64,000 bases of DNA, from NCBI GenBank assembly GCA_001724265.1, contig MEDY01000236.1, forward strand, positions 1-64,000. Reading direction: 5' to 3'. Shown here in pieces: positions 21,701 through 32,169 of the stretch (the first letter of the stretch is position 1; each line of letters opens with the position of its first letter). Source of the DNA: Rhizaria sp. SCN 62-66. Taxonomy: Eukaryota. The notes beneath the pieces are model-generated. The model saw nothing but the letters and a program-made list of their open reading frames with translations, was not told where the DNA came from and did not search any database. Both the position numbers and the translations under genes were made by a program.

Positions 21701-24700
21701 ACGAGGCCGCTGCGGCCGCTGCCGCCGCCTCGCGTCTCCCGTGGGCCGACCTCTCTCTGTTCCGCGGACTCGCCGGCGACGGCTGCCGCTGCCCCGCATG
21801 CGCGCGCGCGCTGCCCCCGTGGCTGCGTGCGTTGCTTCGGGCTCCGGTTGTATCGGCGACGGCCGCGGTTGCCGCTGCTTCCAAGGCTGCAGCTGCCGCG
21901 AGCACCGCCGTCCGCGCTGCGGCGAGTAAAAATCAAAAGTCATCACAAGCGCAGTCGCGAGCGCAGGCGCAGGCGCAGACCCAGGCTCAAGAGCGCGTGC
22001 GCGCCTTAGCGCTTGCACGTGCGCGGCTGTGGATGCTGTGCGCCTACGTCGCCCGGTGTCTCGGTGTCTGGTCGCCGGCCGCTGCCACTGCTGAGGCGAC
22101 CATGGCGACTGTTTCCAGTTGTCAGTTGCGGAACGCCAAGAGCGGCGACGATGATGACGACAAGAACGATTGGGGCTGGGGCGCGGATACTGTGATCACG
22201 AACACGGAGCAAGGACAGCAACAGCAACAACAGCAGCGCAGGCAGCAGCGCCGCCGCCGTGGCATCGCTGTTGCTACTGTTGCTGATATCACAAGCAAGG
22301 TCACGGCTGCAGTCGCCGCGAGCGCGTCCGCCGCTGCGACTGCCGCTGCAGCTACTGTCAACTTCTCTAGCTCGAGCGCAAGTGCAAGCGCGAGCGCAAG
22401 TGCGGGGCCTCGGTTTCTCACCGGGCTCGGAAGGCTCCACAGCGAGGAGGCGAACGCGGTCGCGGCTGCTGTCGTCGAAGAGGTCGCTGCGGCGGACGCT
22501 GTGGTCGACGCGCGCAGGCCGCTGACTTCTCATACTAAAGAGGGGGAAGAGGAGGACGCGGAGGAGGAAGAAGATCCCCTCGCGATTGCTGCCGCTGCTG
22601 CTGCTGCTGGCGAGGATGATGACGACGACGACAACGAAGAGGACGACGACGATGATGATGTTGCAAGTGACTTTGACAACGATGACCAAGATGATGCAAA
22701 GAATATGACTGATGCCGAGGAGAAGACCTCCTTTGACGCACCACGCAACCATGCCAAGAGTAGCGCTTGGGCGAGCTCCACGTTCACTGTGGATGCTGCC
22801 GTTACATCTTTATTTGCGACTTCAGCCCCTGCCTTGTTCGTCTCATCAGCCACAGCGCTGCCTGTCGTTACTCTCGCCGCGCACCGGCGGTGGAAGCGCA
22901 CGCGCCGCGCGCTGCAACGTCAACGCAACGCCGCCGACACCAACGCGAATACCACTGTGGCAGCGACATCAAGCTCTACCTCGGGCACTCGCTCACATCC
23001 CGCTGTGGCGACTGCTCTTGTTCCTGCCTCTGTCGCGCCTGTGTCCGCGACGACTGCTGCTGCGGCCACGGCTGCAGCGGCCGTGAGCGTGACTGCGATC
23101 GCGCCTTGGTGCTATCGCATTGCGTCGCCGAGCAGTATCGCGAACGACAGTGGAGCGCAGCTGCGTCGGTATGATGCGTACGCGAGTACAATGGCTCAGA
23201 GTACAGTGACTGTGAACGGACGTCTAAACCCCTCTGCGCTGCTCCGTGCCTTTGACGCTCACTCTCTCACTCAGCCTCTGACAACGGTGACTGCGGCGAC
23301 AGACCGCGTTGCAGTCGACGCAGCCGCTGCGCCTGACGGCGAGGCCGCGCATGACTCCGACTCCGACACGGACTCCGAGACCGAGGCCGCCATCGCGCTG
23401 ACCGACGCCCGCGACGCGCGCGCCGCGCTGCTCTCCTCGGCGGCCGCGGGCGACCCGGACGCCGCCGCCGCGGCCCTCTCGCGCGCGGCTTGCGGGGCCG
23501 GGCTGCGGTCCGCCCGCGCCGCGCCGCGCGGCGTGCTGCGCGAGCGCGAGCTGGCGGCGCTGCGGCTGGCGCGCGAGCGCGTTGCGGCGGCTGCGCTGGG
23601 CGCCGCGGGGGCCTTGCTGGGCGCCGCGGACTCGTCGCGCCTGATCACGGTCACGAGTGAGCCGCTCCGCGACGCTGTCGCGAGATCGGGCAGGGCGCGC
23701 GGGGGCAGCTCGCTGCTGCCCGCCGCGCGCGCGTCGCTGCGGCCCGCGGCCGCCGCATGCTTCGCGTTCCTCGCAGCGCTGACCCGCGCGCTGAGGCTGC
23801 AGTACCGCTTCCCGTCGCCGCGACTCTCGCCGATGACGCTTCTGGTGCCGCACGGGACCGGGTTTGCTCAGCAGTTGACACTGGCGTCTGCGGCACCGGC
23901 TGTGCCGGCCGCGCACGTGTCCGCGTCGCGTGCGTCGGTGGTGGTGGCGGCTACGGGGACTCTCGTGCCCGCTTCCGTGGTCGACGCGTGGCTCACAGCG
24001 CCTCTTGGCGTCATTGCGGGCCCTGTCGTTGGCGCAGTCGCTGCTATTGCGGCCGCTAGCAGCGCCGCACGCGTGCGCGTCCATGAACGCGCAGACCGTG
24101 TTGACAATAGCGACGGTAAGCGTGCTGATGCAGATCTCGATGATGACAGGCTGCGCGCGTGCGTTGCCGTGGCCCGCGAGCTCTATGCCGCCATTGCGCC
24201 AGCAAAGGTCCTTGCGCGCAGTGCATTATTTGCGTACAGCTCTGCCAGCAAGGGAACGAACGCGGCCCTTGCGCAGGGAGAGGCGCAGCGGCTCGGGCTG
24301 ACCGGCACCGCGGCCGCGTTGCTGCAGCAGCATGAGCGGCGCGAGGGCGAGGTGCGGGCGGAGACGCGCGCTATCAAGGCGTGGCAGTGTGGTGCTGTGT
24401 CTGGACAGTCTCAGGCGCAGGCGCAGTTACAATCTAAGGATGCGATGTGTCACGAGTGTGCGGGCGGCTGTTCTGTAGCTGTATCTAAGAGCAAGCGCTC
24501 CAACTCACAATCTCGCAATATTGACAGCGACAGCGACGACGATGATGATGAGGAAGAGCTTCACCGTCAGCAGCAGATGCGCAGTGCACAATTATGGGTA
24601 CTTTCCGCGCACGCGCATTGCCAGGACCACTACCGCCGCACAACCGCCGCCGGTGCTTCCGACTCCGCGGCCGCCGGCAACAGCGCCATCGCCGCGGGCA

Positions 24701-27700
24701 CAGCCGCTGCGATCGGCGCGGCTGCCGGCGTGCCTGCGCTCGTGGCTGGCTTGTTGTCGCTGCCGCTGGCGCCGCTGCTGCCGCTGTCGCGCTTCCGTGC
24801 GCAAAGTGAGTCGCCGCTGGTCGCCGCCGCAGCGTTGCGCATCCACCTCTTGTTCGCCCTGCCACCTGCTTTGCTTTACGCGAATGGCGCACCCTCACGC
24901 TCACGGTCTCAGTCGCGCTCTCCGTCGCAGCCGCTGTCCCTGTCCCGCACACTGTGCGACCCGTTTCCGCGCTGGGCGCAGCACGAGCTGCACGGCCTGC
25001 TCGCCCTTCTCGCCCCCGCGCTGCCGCAGCCTCTCTCTCTCGCCGATTTCGTCTCCGTCGCGCTGCTGCCGCGCCTTGCGCACGCGTTCCCGCACACGCT
25101 CGCGCGCGCGTGCCGCAGGCTGGGGCTCGACGACGTGCTCCTCGTGGCCGCGGCGCACGGGCGCTATCGCCGGTTCCGCGCCGCGGCCGCGCGCGAGCAG
25201 CGCATGCGCGACCGGCGCAGGGCCGAGCGCGCGCGTGCGCGTGTGCGGGAGCGCGAGCTGCACGGCGGCGGCAGCGTGCACCGGCGCGGCATGGGCAGCG
25301 CGAGCGGAAGCGTTCGCGACGGACAGGGCAGCAGCGGCGGGAGCGGACGCGGGAACACCCGGTGGGGCTGGGCCGCCTCCGGCGAGTCCAGTGACGGCGA
25401 CCGCGGCCGCGACCGCGGCAGTGACCGCGGGCCGCTGTCGAGCGACACGCCGTACCTTGACTCGCAGGGACACTTCGACTACGCGGGGTATCTCGACGCC
25501 GGCGCGGGCTCGGAGTCAGGTGCTGCGTTAATGCTCAGCAGCGAGCGTGACCGTGAGCGCAGCCGTGACCGTAAGCGCGGCAGTGACCGTGACCGCGACG
25601 GTGGCGCATATCTCACCCCCGCCTCCGCCCCCGGCTCGCCCCGCTCCACCGGCACGCTCTCTAACACCACGACAGCTGCTTCAGCAACAACGACGGCGAT
25701 GACGGGGGCGCTGGCCGCGGTCAACGTCGTCCCGCCCAAGCGCGTCCCGCGTCACGCGCCCGTGCCATCGGTCGAGAGCCTGCGCGCCGCGGTGCGCGCG
25801 GGCGGCGGCGCCGTCAAGGGCCTTGCGGGCTCGGTGCCTGTGATCGTCAAGCCGGTCGGACTCAACCGCTCTGCTGCCGCCGCGGCTGCTGCCGCTGCTT
25901 CTGCTGCTGTTTCCGCCGCGACATCATCATCCTCCCGTAGCAGCAGCAGTAGTAGTAGTAGTAGCTCTTCAGCCACCAATGTTGTCAGCAGTGAAACGAA
26001 TGGCAGTCGCACCACCAGTAGCAGCAGTAGTAGTCGTCGCAGTAGCAGCGGGAGAAGCGGCAGCAGCCGCAGCGGACGCGCGCTGCTGGCCGTGTCTGCC
26101 GCGGCCGGCGCGCCCGGCGCTCGCGTCGGCCCTACGACGGCGCGGCCGATGACTGCGGCCGAGACGCGCGCGGCGGCTGCGGCTGCGTTTAAGGCCCAAC
26201 TTGCTGCGGCGAGGGGGAACAAGGACACGTCATCGGTATCATCGTCATCATCATCGTCTGCAAGTGCGTCTGCGAGTGCGAGCGCTACAATGGCACCGCC
26301 GAGTTCAAACTCGAGCTCGAATACGAGTTCTCGCGCGAGTGCGAGTCAACACGTTTCTGATCATGTTGGCTCTCGCGGTAGTGGCGCTGCTGTCACCATT
26401 ACAGTCACCGGCGCGGACAAGCGTACCGCGAAGACTCACGAGCAAGGTACATTTTCAAGTCCGTCTCGTGGCAGGTCGCACAGTCTGCGTGCGGCAACCC
26501 ATGATGCCCTCGACGACGATGATGCCGACCTCGACTCCGACGCGCTTCTCGGCTTGCTGGCAAGTCCTGGCGCTAACAGCCGCTGCTCTGCTGGGAGTGC
26601 CATTGAGGCGACTCCACTGCCTAATGCGCCTGCCCACGGTTACAGCCATAATCTGGAGGCTATCATGGGCACGCCTGCGCCGGCACCGCGCCAGAATCGC
26701 GCAACAGGCGGTTTATCTTCACCCTCGTCGACGCGCCACGCGAACGTGATCCCCGCGACGCCCGCCGGGGTCGCAGTGGTGCGCAGAGCAAGCAATGGCG
26801 TGACTGGTGATTTGCTGCGCGTACCCATGCTCACAGGCACCCCTGCTGCCCACGGTCACTCTCGCGGTGCTCACGGTCAGCATCACCGTGCACCCGGCTC
26901 GCCGTCGCGGTCGCCCGTTGTTGTTGCGTCCAATAGCGCGCATCATCACACCAGTCGTGCTATTGAGGCCACGCCGGCGCGTGTGCGCCGCAGCATGCCG
27001 CCGCCCGTGCCCCCGGTTCCCACGCTCGACCAGTTGCCCTCGGAGCTGCAGTCGCAGGCGCAGGCTCTTGCTGCAGCGGCAGCAGCGCCGGACGCGCAAC
27101 AGCAGCAGAAGCATCATCAGCATTACGACGCTGTGATCGCGTCGCCGTTTCAGCGCCGCCGTGTTGCCGCGCCAAGCAATGCGGGAGTCACGCCCGCTGC
27201 ATACGCTGCTGCTGCTGCTGCCGCCGCCGCCGCGGCTGCAACCACTGCAGCCGCTTCTGCTGCGAATGCTACCAGCAACGACATGGACATGGACGCCGAG
27301 GTCGACGCGCTGTTCATGGCGCCCTCCACCCCGGCGCGCGCGGCGTCGCCTGCGCGCGCTGCTCCGGCCGCGGCGCCGCGGTTGGCGTCGCCGTCGATGG
27401 CTGCCCGCGCCTCAGCCTCAGCGTCAGCGTTGCCGCCCGCGCCAGCGCTGGCGAAGGCTGCGGTGGGGGAGCTGTCTCCGTTGCGCCCCGCGTTTGTGGC
27501 CACGACGCCTGTCCGCGCGAGCAACGTCATTTCTCACGTCAAGGCTGGCCACGTGCGCAGCACCCCGAACGCTGCTGCTGCGCTGAACGCAGCGAGTGCG
27601 AGTGCCGACGCGCACGGGGTTGGTGTGACTGCGACACCGCGCCGGTCTCAGCCCGGTTTGCGCGAGTGGGCCGCCACTCCCGCGCCTGTGACGTCGCAGT

Positions 27701-28521
27701 CTACAGCACAGCACTACGCTGCCGCGCACCCCGGCAGCGCTGCGGTAGCGAGCAATCACAGGCTCAAGTCAACAGGGAATGGCGGTGGTGACAACGATCA
27801 GATGGTCAACAGTAATACTGCTGCTTCAAGCAGTCGCAGCGTCACTGCGGCGACGAGCGCGAGCGCTGCTGTTTCTTCCGCTCGTGCTCGCGGCGAGTAC
27901 GACTCGTACTTGGCCGCCGCAGTCGAGGACGAGATCGACGCTCTGTTCGACGCGCCCCCCGCGCCGCGTCTCATGGCGTCGCCCGCACGCGTTCGCCACG
28001 CCCACGGTCACGCCCACGGTCACCCGGCCGCTCACGGTCACTCCGGCGGTGTTCACGCGGGCTACGTTGGCCGCAGTCCGGTGCGCAGTCCCGCGCAGAG
28101 AGGCGCGGCACACAACAGCCACAGCTACAACCGGAGCCCGTCGCACCACCGACACACCGCTGCGCAAGCTCAACACAGTGTTAAGAACGCGATCACGACA
28201 ACCAACGTTACCACTGGCCCAGTCGCAGTCTCGACCTTGGCGTTGCAGCCGGTGTCTGTTTCTGCTTCAACCGTGGTGATTCCGACGCACGGCAGCAGCA
28301 ACGGCAGGCCTCGCGCCAGCTACAGCCCCGTATCCCTGTCGCTCGCAGTCTCGGACTCGGGCGCGGGCGCGGGCGTGGCTGACGGCGCCGACACAAGCAT
28401 AGCAGCGACTGGCGCCAACGCGGGCGCGGGCGCCGACGCGGGCGCGGGCGCCAAGCTGCTGTTGTCGCGGTCCGCGGTCGGAATCGGCTCGATGGCGACC
28501 ACACGCCGTCCTGGGCAGTGA
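18718..28521 (+). CDS. Very large (~3270 aa) low-complexity protein; candidate Treslin/Sld3-like replication factor
   Basis: Uninterrupted 9.8 kb ORF ending in TGA. The segment LRIHLLF...LADFVSVALLPRLAHAFPHTLARACRRLG resembles the Sld3/Treslin domain, and many S/T-P motifs follow. The ORF is solid; the identity is tentative. Confidence 0.55.
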   Translation: MKYPRGQGRPVAGMPPLPPAHALRAVATTQDSGTATSAAQEPTARSRRRSSDASAYASDGGSDANANASAGASEAVRPPSRPVAATASMSAAIASAAIPASHLAMIAASKKGRASDAPHNNNSSNSSSSSASSSSYSHSHISTASASAAVSAARGSAAAPFGEHQANSAAASEGDYDLNSFASTSKQQQSRANINITNKSNKSNSSGSSLAEAVAASGARPQLPLSQVVAAVAAALCPAALHAQLQLQSPRSQSRAHLAQQWGVAMSFGPPVAPDSSTAPSSGNTSSSSSSSSSSSSSSGGSSVADASAASVMAANGPVPAVPTAHISPGDGADADDSEDDDDDDDGSADAAAVMTDNSDIDNDYESKDSSASSSAASATAKPRRAGRSRPRPLSRREQLRAGAAVALTISRLLVLPASDATDSGEAATAAASALALTHQTRAPDYYSDGDDNADAEAAALAEAEAFDEAEAAASGAIALLHARALSLRARAYTIAAHGHPALSSAVTVAVAVPQMPTVARALSRLLTLIAAAPAPAVPVVAASVSAAVATASLATAASAALKGRDAALNGDSIVSKTTGNSSRGADSAKAQSNLLPPHPLSQYLHLPLPVVQPPADPVATITGYSTALTDQDDAAAAAPCAALASDTRAQLVAVARAQVAHAQAAFSQFGQTQAALSRSTAVAAAGTGARLGVQNPLSSVGQATVGISSNTAIAPRSALATLGFYMRLHALCSELHCALLRLRTETGGMGRPTVTTAVSTVAAERDRERDRERGAKATASAKPSKSQSQSELWQASCAGLVPPSATVATLSHGASPRYSTFTAAQPDSAAAERSETVKSCGNKCSCCGAHVTVNADADIGAGAGAALCVSLPGPPDPWAGHSAAAQGFGGPPLLTVTSDSLTPSNGSATTADMTVSVPPMHTASDLYSSHGDNGGSSNGVTYSSSSAPISYEAAFLHRTDTTAFGATISVFSLLHLQVPSFITESANAASIAANEAAAAAAAASRLPWADLSLFRGLAGDGCRCPACARALPPWLRALLRAPVVSATAAVAAASKAAAAASTAVRAAASKNQKSSQAQSRAQAQAQTQAQERVRALALARARLWMLCAYVARCLGVWSPAAATAEATMATVSSCQLRNAKSGDDDDDKNDWGWGADTVITNTEQGQQQQQQQRRQQRRRRGIAVATVADITSKVTAAVAASASAAATAAAATVNFSSSSASASASASAGPRFLTGLGRLHSEEANAVAAAVVEEVAAADAVVDARRPLTSHTKEGEEEDAEEEEDPLAIAAAAAAAGEDDDDDDNEEDDDDDDVASDFDNDDQDDAKNMTDAEEKTSFDAPRNHAKSSAWASSTFTVDAAVTSLFATSAPALFVSSATALPVVTLAAHRRWKRTRRALQRQRNAADTNANTTVAATSSSTSGTRSHPAVATALVPASVAPVSATTAAAATAAAAVSVTAIAPWCYRIASPSSIANDSGAQLRRYDAYASTMAQSTVTVNGRLNPSALLRAFDAHSLTQPLTTVTAATDRVAVDAAAAPDGEAAHDSDSDTDSETEAAIALTDARDARAALLSSAAAGDPDAAAAALSRAACGAGLRSARAAPRGVLRERELAALRLARERVAAAALGAAGALLGAADSSRLITVTSEPLRDAVARSGRARGGSSLLPAARASLRPAAAACFAFLAALTRALRLQYRFPSPRLSPMTLLVPHGTGFAQQLTLASAAPAVPAAHVSASRASVVVAATGTLVPASVVDAWLTAPLGVIAGPVVGAVAAIAAASSAARVRVHERADRVDNSDGKRADADLDDDRLRACVAVARELYAAIAPAKVLARSALFAYSSASKGTNAALAQGEAQRLGLTGTAAALLQQHERREGEVRAETRAIKAWQCGAVSGQSQAQAQLQSKDAMCHECAGGCSVAVSKSKRSNSQSRNIDSDSDDDDDEEELHRQQQMRSAQLWVLSAHAHCQDHYRRTTAAGASDSAAAGNSAIAAGTAAAIGAAAGVPALVAGLLSLPLAPLLPLSRFRAQSESPLVAAAALRIHLLFALPPALLYANGAPSRSRSQSRSPSQPLSLSRTLCDPFPRWAQHELHGLLALLAPALPQPLSLADFVSVALLPRLAHAFPHTLARACRRLGLDDVLLVAAAHGRYRRFRAAAAREQRMRDRRRAERARARVRERELHGGGSVHRRGMGSASGSVRDGQGSSGGSGRGNTRWGWAASGESSDGDRGRDRGSDRGPLSSDTPYLDSQGHFDYAGYLDAGAGSESGAALMLSSERDRERSRDRKRGSDRDRDGGAYLTPASAPGSPRSTGTLSNTTTAASATTTAMTGALAAVNVVPPKRVPRHAPVPSVESLRAAVRAGGGAVKGLAGSVPVIVKPVGLNRSAAAAAAAAASAAVSAATSSSSRSSSSSSSSSSSATNVVSSETNGSRTTSSSSSSRRSSSGRSGSSRSGRALLAVSAAAGAPGARVGPTTARPMTAAETRAAAAAAFKAQLAAARGNKDTSSVSSSSSSSASASASASATMAPPSSNSSSNTSSRASASQHVSDHVGSRGSGAAVTITVTGADKRTAKTHEQGTFSSPSRGRSHSLRAATHDALDDDDADLDSDALLGLLASPGANSRCSAGSAIEATPLPNAPAHGYSHNLEAIMGTPAPAPRQNRATGGLSSPSSTRHANVIPATPAGVAVVRRASNGVTGDLLRVPMLTGTPAAHGHSRGAHGQHHRAPGSPSRSPVVVASNSAHHHTSRAIEATPARVRRSMPPPVPPVPTLDQLPSELQSQAQALAAAAAAPDAQQQQKHHQHYDAVIASPFQRRRVAAPSNAGVTPAAYAAAAAAAAAAAATTAAASAANATSNDMDMDAEVDALFMAPSTPARAASPARAAPAAAPRLASPSMAARASASASALPPAPALAKAAVGELSPLRPAFVATTPVRASNVISHVKAGHVRSTPNAAAALNAASASADAHGVGVTATPRRSQPGLREWAATPAPVTSQSTAQHYAAAHPGSAAVASNHRLKSTGNGGGDNDQMVNSNTAASSSRSVTAATSASAAVSSARARGEYDSYLAAAVEDEIDALFDAPPAPRLMASPARVRHAHGHAHGHPAAHGHSGGVHAGYVGRSPVRSPAQRGAAHNSHSYNRSPSHHRHTAAQAQHSVKNAITTTNVTTGPVAVSTLALQPVSVSASTVVIPTHGSSNGRPRASYSPVSLSLAVSDSGAGAGVADGADTSIAATGANAGAGADAGAGAKLLLSRSAVGIGSMATTRRPGQ

Positions 28522-28868
28522 ATGTAAGCCTGTGAGTTGACTCATCGCGTGTATGTCTAATATCATCCGGCATCAATGTCTCTCAAACATGAATTCTATA
28601 GTACATGTACATTTATTCAATACATAGCACATACTGTTATCGAAAACGAGAAGACATTTGTTTATGTATCTTGTGTTTTTGTGTCGCTTTCTACGAGCGA
28701 CGACATGCAGGATGGCCCGCTGAATCTGGCCCAATTGCATCCACAGCACTGTGAGGCCCGCACAGCGCCGCCACACAGACATGGGGCAACAAGAAACGGA
28801 GATTATATTGTCTGCACGTGTTCACGCGTTGTGAGTTTTCCTCTTGGTGATTATGTTTCGCTGTTCAT

Positions 28869-29817
28869 TCAGGGCTTCTCGGTGGTGGCGGTGAGGATGT
28901 GGATGAGGTCGTGGGGACCGACGACGCCGTCGCCGTCTTCGTCCGCTTCGGCAATCATCTCGCGCAGCTCCTCCTCTGTACAGTCGGCGCGCAACAGCGA
29001 TCAAAAAGCAAAGGTAAAAGGGATAAAGGGAAAGGTTAGCGAGCAGATATCGAGTGGATGCGTCTGCGGGATTGAGAGCAAGCAGATGGCAGGTCTCGGG
29101 TCAGCACGTACCGGTCATGGCCTCACCCATTTCGTTGGCAATCACGGCCAGGTTGTGCAGCGTGATGCCCGCCGCGGGGTCCGTAGGGGCAAAGTTCTGC
29201 ACAGAAAACAAACGAATAAACATCAGGAAAGCAAAACAGAGAGATGCAGTGACAGGGATGCAGGTGAGGACAGAGTCGATATATAACGTGCAGACTAACT
29301 ATATAGCATTAAAAAGAGTAGGTTTAGACGCGTTTCGACAGGCAACCGAGGTTATATTCTGTTTTTGTTCGAGTTTGCGTACCTTGTACGCCTTGAAGAT
29401 CTCCTCCTCGGTCGGGGGCTCGCGCATCTTGGCGGCAAAGACCTCGAGGAACGACGCGAAGTCCATCTTACCAGTGCCTACATCCGCAAAAAGTACAGCA
29501 AACACACACAAATGGTTTATAATATGAGGGTTAGGTCCTAACGAGGGGTCACTGTGATGTCCTACAGTGGGCACGAGAGCAATGAGAGAGCTCTTGCGCG
29601 TGTGTTACGTACCGTTCTTGTCACGCTCCTGCATAATACGCTTGAGGTAGTCCTTGTCAGGCTCGTAACCAAGAGCGCGGAAGGCGACCTTGAGCTCCTT
29701 GATCTCAATCTCGTCCGTGCCACCGACAGCGAGGAGGTCGAAGGCCTCCTTGAGGTCGCTCTTTTGGCTGTCAGTCAGCTCGAGCTTGAGGTTGTGGCCT
29801 CGCGTCGCAGACGACAT
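28869..29817 (-). CDS. Centrin-like EF-hand protein; 4 exons
   Basis: ELTDSQKSDLKEAFDL, KELKVAFRALGYEP, DKNG|TGKMDF, EEEIFKAY, EMGEAMT|EEELREMIAEADEDGDG. GTACG donors; TGA stop. Confidence 0.9.
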
Positions 29818-30200
29818 TCCTGTGATGTGAGAAGATCATTAAAAAGGAAAAATGTAAAAAATCTCAGTTAGTTACTAGATATGGTCGCAAATCCTCTCTT
29901 GACGGTCAGACTGACTCATGCATCAACGAGTTGATTCAAATTCTGACCACCCGTTTTTTCTCGAGCGCCGCTGTCTGTTGGAGCCTGAGCCAGCCCAATC
30001 CTGCGACATCGATACTACTCCAAGGAAATCGTACAATAGAGAGATGACAACATATTTTTGTGAATACCGTTCTTTAGTCTAATATGCTAATAGTTGACGT
30101 GTTGAGACATGTATTTTAGCGTCTTGCTAGCTCGAATCCCATCTCATCTCGTGATCCCACCTTGCTTTTTCTCTTTCCACCATTCGCGCTTCCCCACAGC

Positions 30201-30956
30201 ATGTCCGATAAGGTAAGTCAAGACGCCGCTAAGGCCTCTTTAAACAACGCCCCCCAAGCTTCTTCCTCTTCATTGTCATACTCTCTGCCCATGCACCCTT
30301 CCCGCAAACGCACGGCTCCCACCGCAGCAGCTTCGATCGACAACGGCGCTGCTGCCACTGACTCAGCCTCAGCCTCGAGCTTCAGCTCTGACTCGAATCT
30401 CGACTCTTGCATCGACGCTGCAGCGCCCCCCTCTGCCCCCGCCCTAGCCTCCGCCCCCGCCCCCGCCCCTGCCACGGCAACGGCGACGGCGACGGCGACG
30501 GCGACCGACGCAGACGCCCACGATCTCTTGGAGCAGTGGCGCGCCGCGGGCTTCCCCGCGCGCAGCGTGGTGCACTTCGCGAAGCTCTCGCACAAGGCCG
30601 TCGCGCACGCCGCGGTGCTGGAGCAGCACGCCCGCCTGCGCGCGGAGAAGGCTGCGGCCAAGGAGGTCACGCGCCTGGCGCACGAGGCGCGCATGCGCAG
30701 CTAGGAGCAGGCTGCGGCCAAGGAGGCCACGCGCGTGGCGCGCGAGGCGCGCATGCGCAGCCAGGAGCAGGCTGCGGCCAAGGAGGCCACGCGCGTGGCG
30801 CACGAGGCGCGCATGCGCAGCCAGGAGCAGGCCAAGGCGGAGCGCGTCGCCGCGCGCGCGCGCGAGCACGAATTTGTGCTGAGTCAGCATGCCGCGTTCC
30901 GCACGTTGAGGGCCTCGCGCAGGGCGCTGCACGAGGGCTACAACCCGGCGTGGTGA
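30201..30956 (+). CDS. Hypothetical protein with 20-aa tandem repeats and one in-frame TAG (30702-30704)
   Basis: ORFs 30162-30704 and 30735-30956 share a frame. The TAG aligns with CAG in the neighbouring repeat copies. Confidence 0.6.
30650..30835 (+). repeat. About 3 copies of a 60-bp coding tandem repeat (AAAKEATRVAHEARMRSQEQ)
   Basis: Lines 30661, 30721 and 30781 are near-identical at 60-nt spacing. Confidence 0.9.
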
Positions 30957-32169
30957 GCCGTCGAGGGGCCCGTGCCGCTCGTAACCGTCGAGGGGCCCCT
31001 AGCCGTCGGGGGACCGGCGGCGGCTGCGGCGGCTGCGGCGGCGGCGCTTGACCAGTCGGACGCGGCAGCGACGGCTGCGTCCTCTCTCTCTGTTTCTCTC
31101 TCTCTTGTTGACAGTGAGAGCGCCAGTACCAGCGCGAGTGTGTCTGCTGAGGAGCCGGGATATGGACCGGGACAGGACCAGGACCGATAAGAAGAGGACG
31201 GGTGCGTTGCGATGCGAGGCTTGATACCGAGAGCAAGGCAGTGTAAAGCGAGCGCAACGACGTGTCTTGAAATGTATGTGTTGCTGTAATTGTAAAGCTG
31301 TCGCTGTCGTTAGCACGACAATACTGGTCCTCGTGACCGATTATCGTGTTGCCGACACGATGTGCGTGTATCTTGTAATGATATCTTCTGCGCTCGCTGT
31401 ATACTGTATCCTTGCCATTCTTACGCGCTGTACTTTGCCACACGCGCTGCACTCACTCTCTATCGGTGCACATCAGTGTCATAGCACGGATGGACCGAGA
31501 GACGCTTGTCCCGCGCGCGTGTGATCGGAGTACGCTGCGTTATCGCTTAGCGGCGGCTTGATCGGACATGCTAACCCCACATTTCACACACACAGAACCC
31601 ACCCTGCACCACGTGCGGACCGGAGGAATGCGCGTGTCTTCCGCGGCGGTCGCAGTGCAGCCGTGGCCCACCGGGGCCTGCTGCACTGCGCTCGCCGCCG
31701 AGACGCGGCGCGGACCGACGCGACGTCCAGTTATTGCGACATAGACCGTGATAGTCTTGTCGAATCATTGATAAAACTAAGGTTGATATACAAAATATAT
31801 TATTTCCGCAATATCTCAATGATCTTATTGGATAGATCTTCACCTCCAAGATATAGACTCGGAGTTGTGCCCTTACGATAGACTCGTGGCTGGATCTGCG
31901 TGTCGTGATCGGGACAAGTTGCCTTGCATTCGGATTTCTATATGTATACAGGGCAACGATATAATAGTCATTTGTCGCTTGAAGAAGTGATGAAGAAATT
32001 CATCATATATTTTCACAAATTAGGAATTTGACCAAGCTTGATCTTGCTAGTTTATTTCACTCTTTTGACATGCACATCTTTTCTTCAGGTAAGCTGCGCA
32101 ACTCGCTTCGCACAAATCACCCAACCTCACTGAGTCTTTCACCGATTGGAATAATTATCTTTTTATAGC

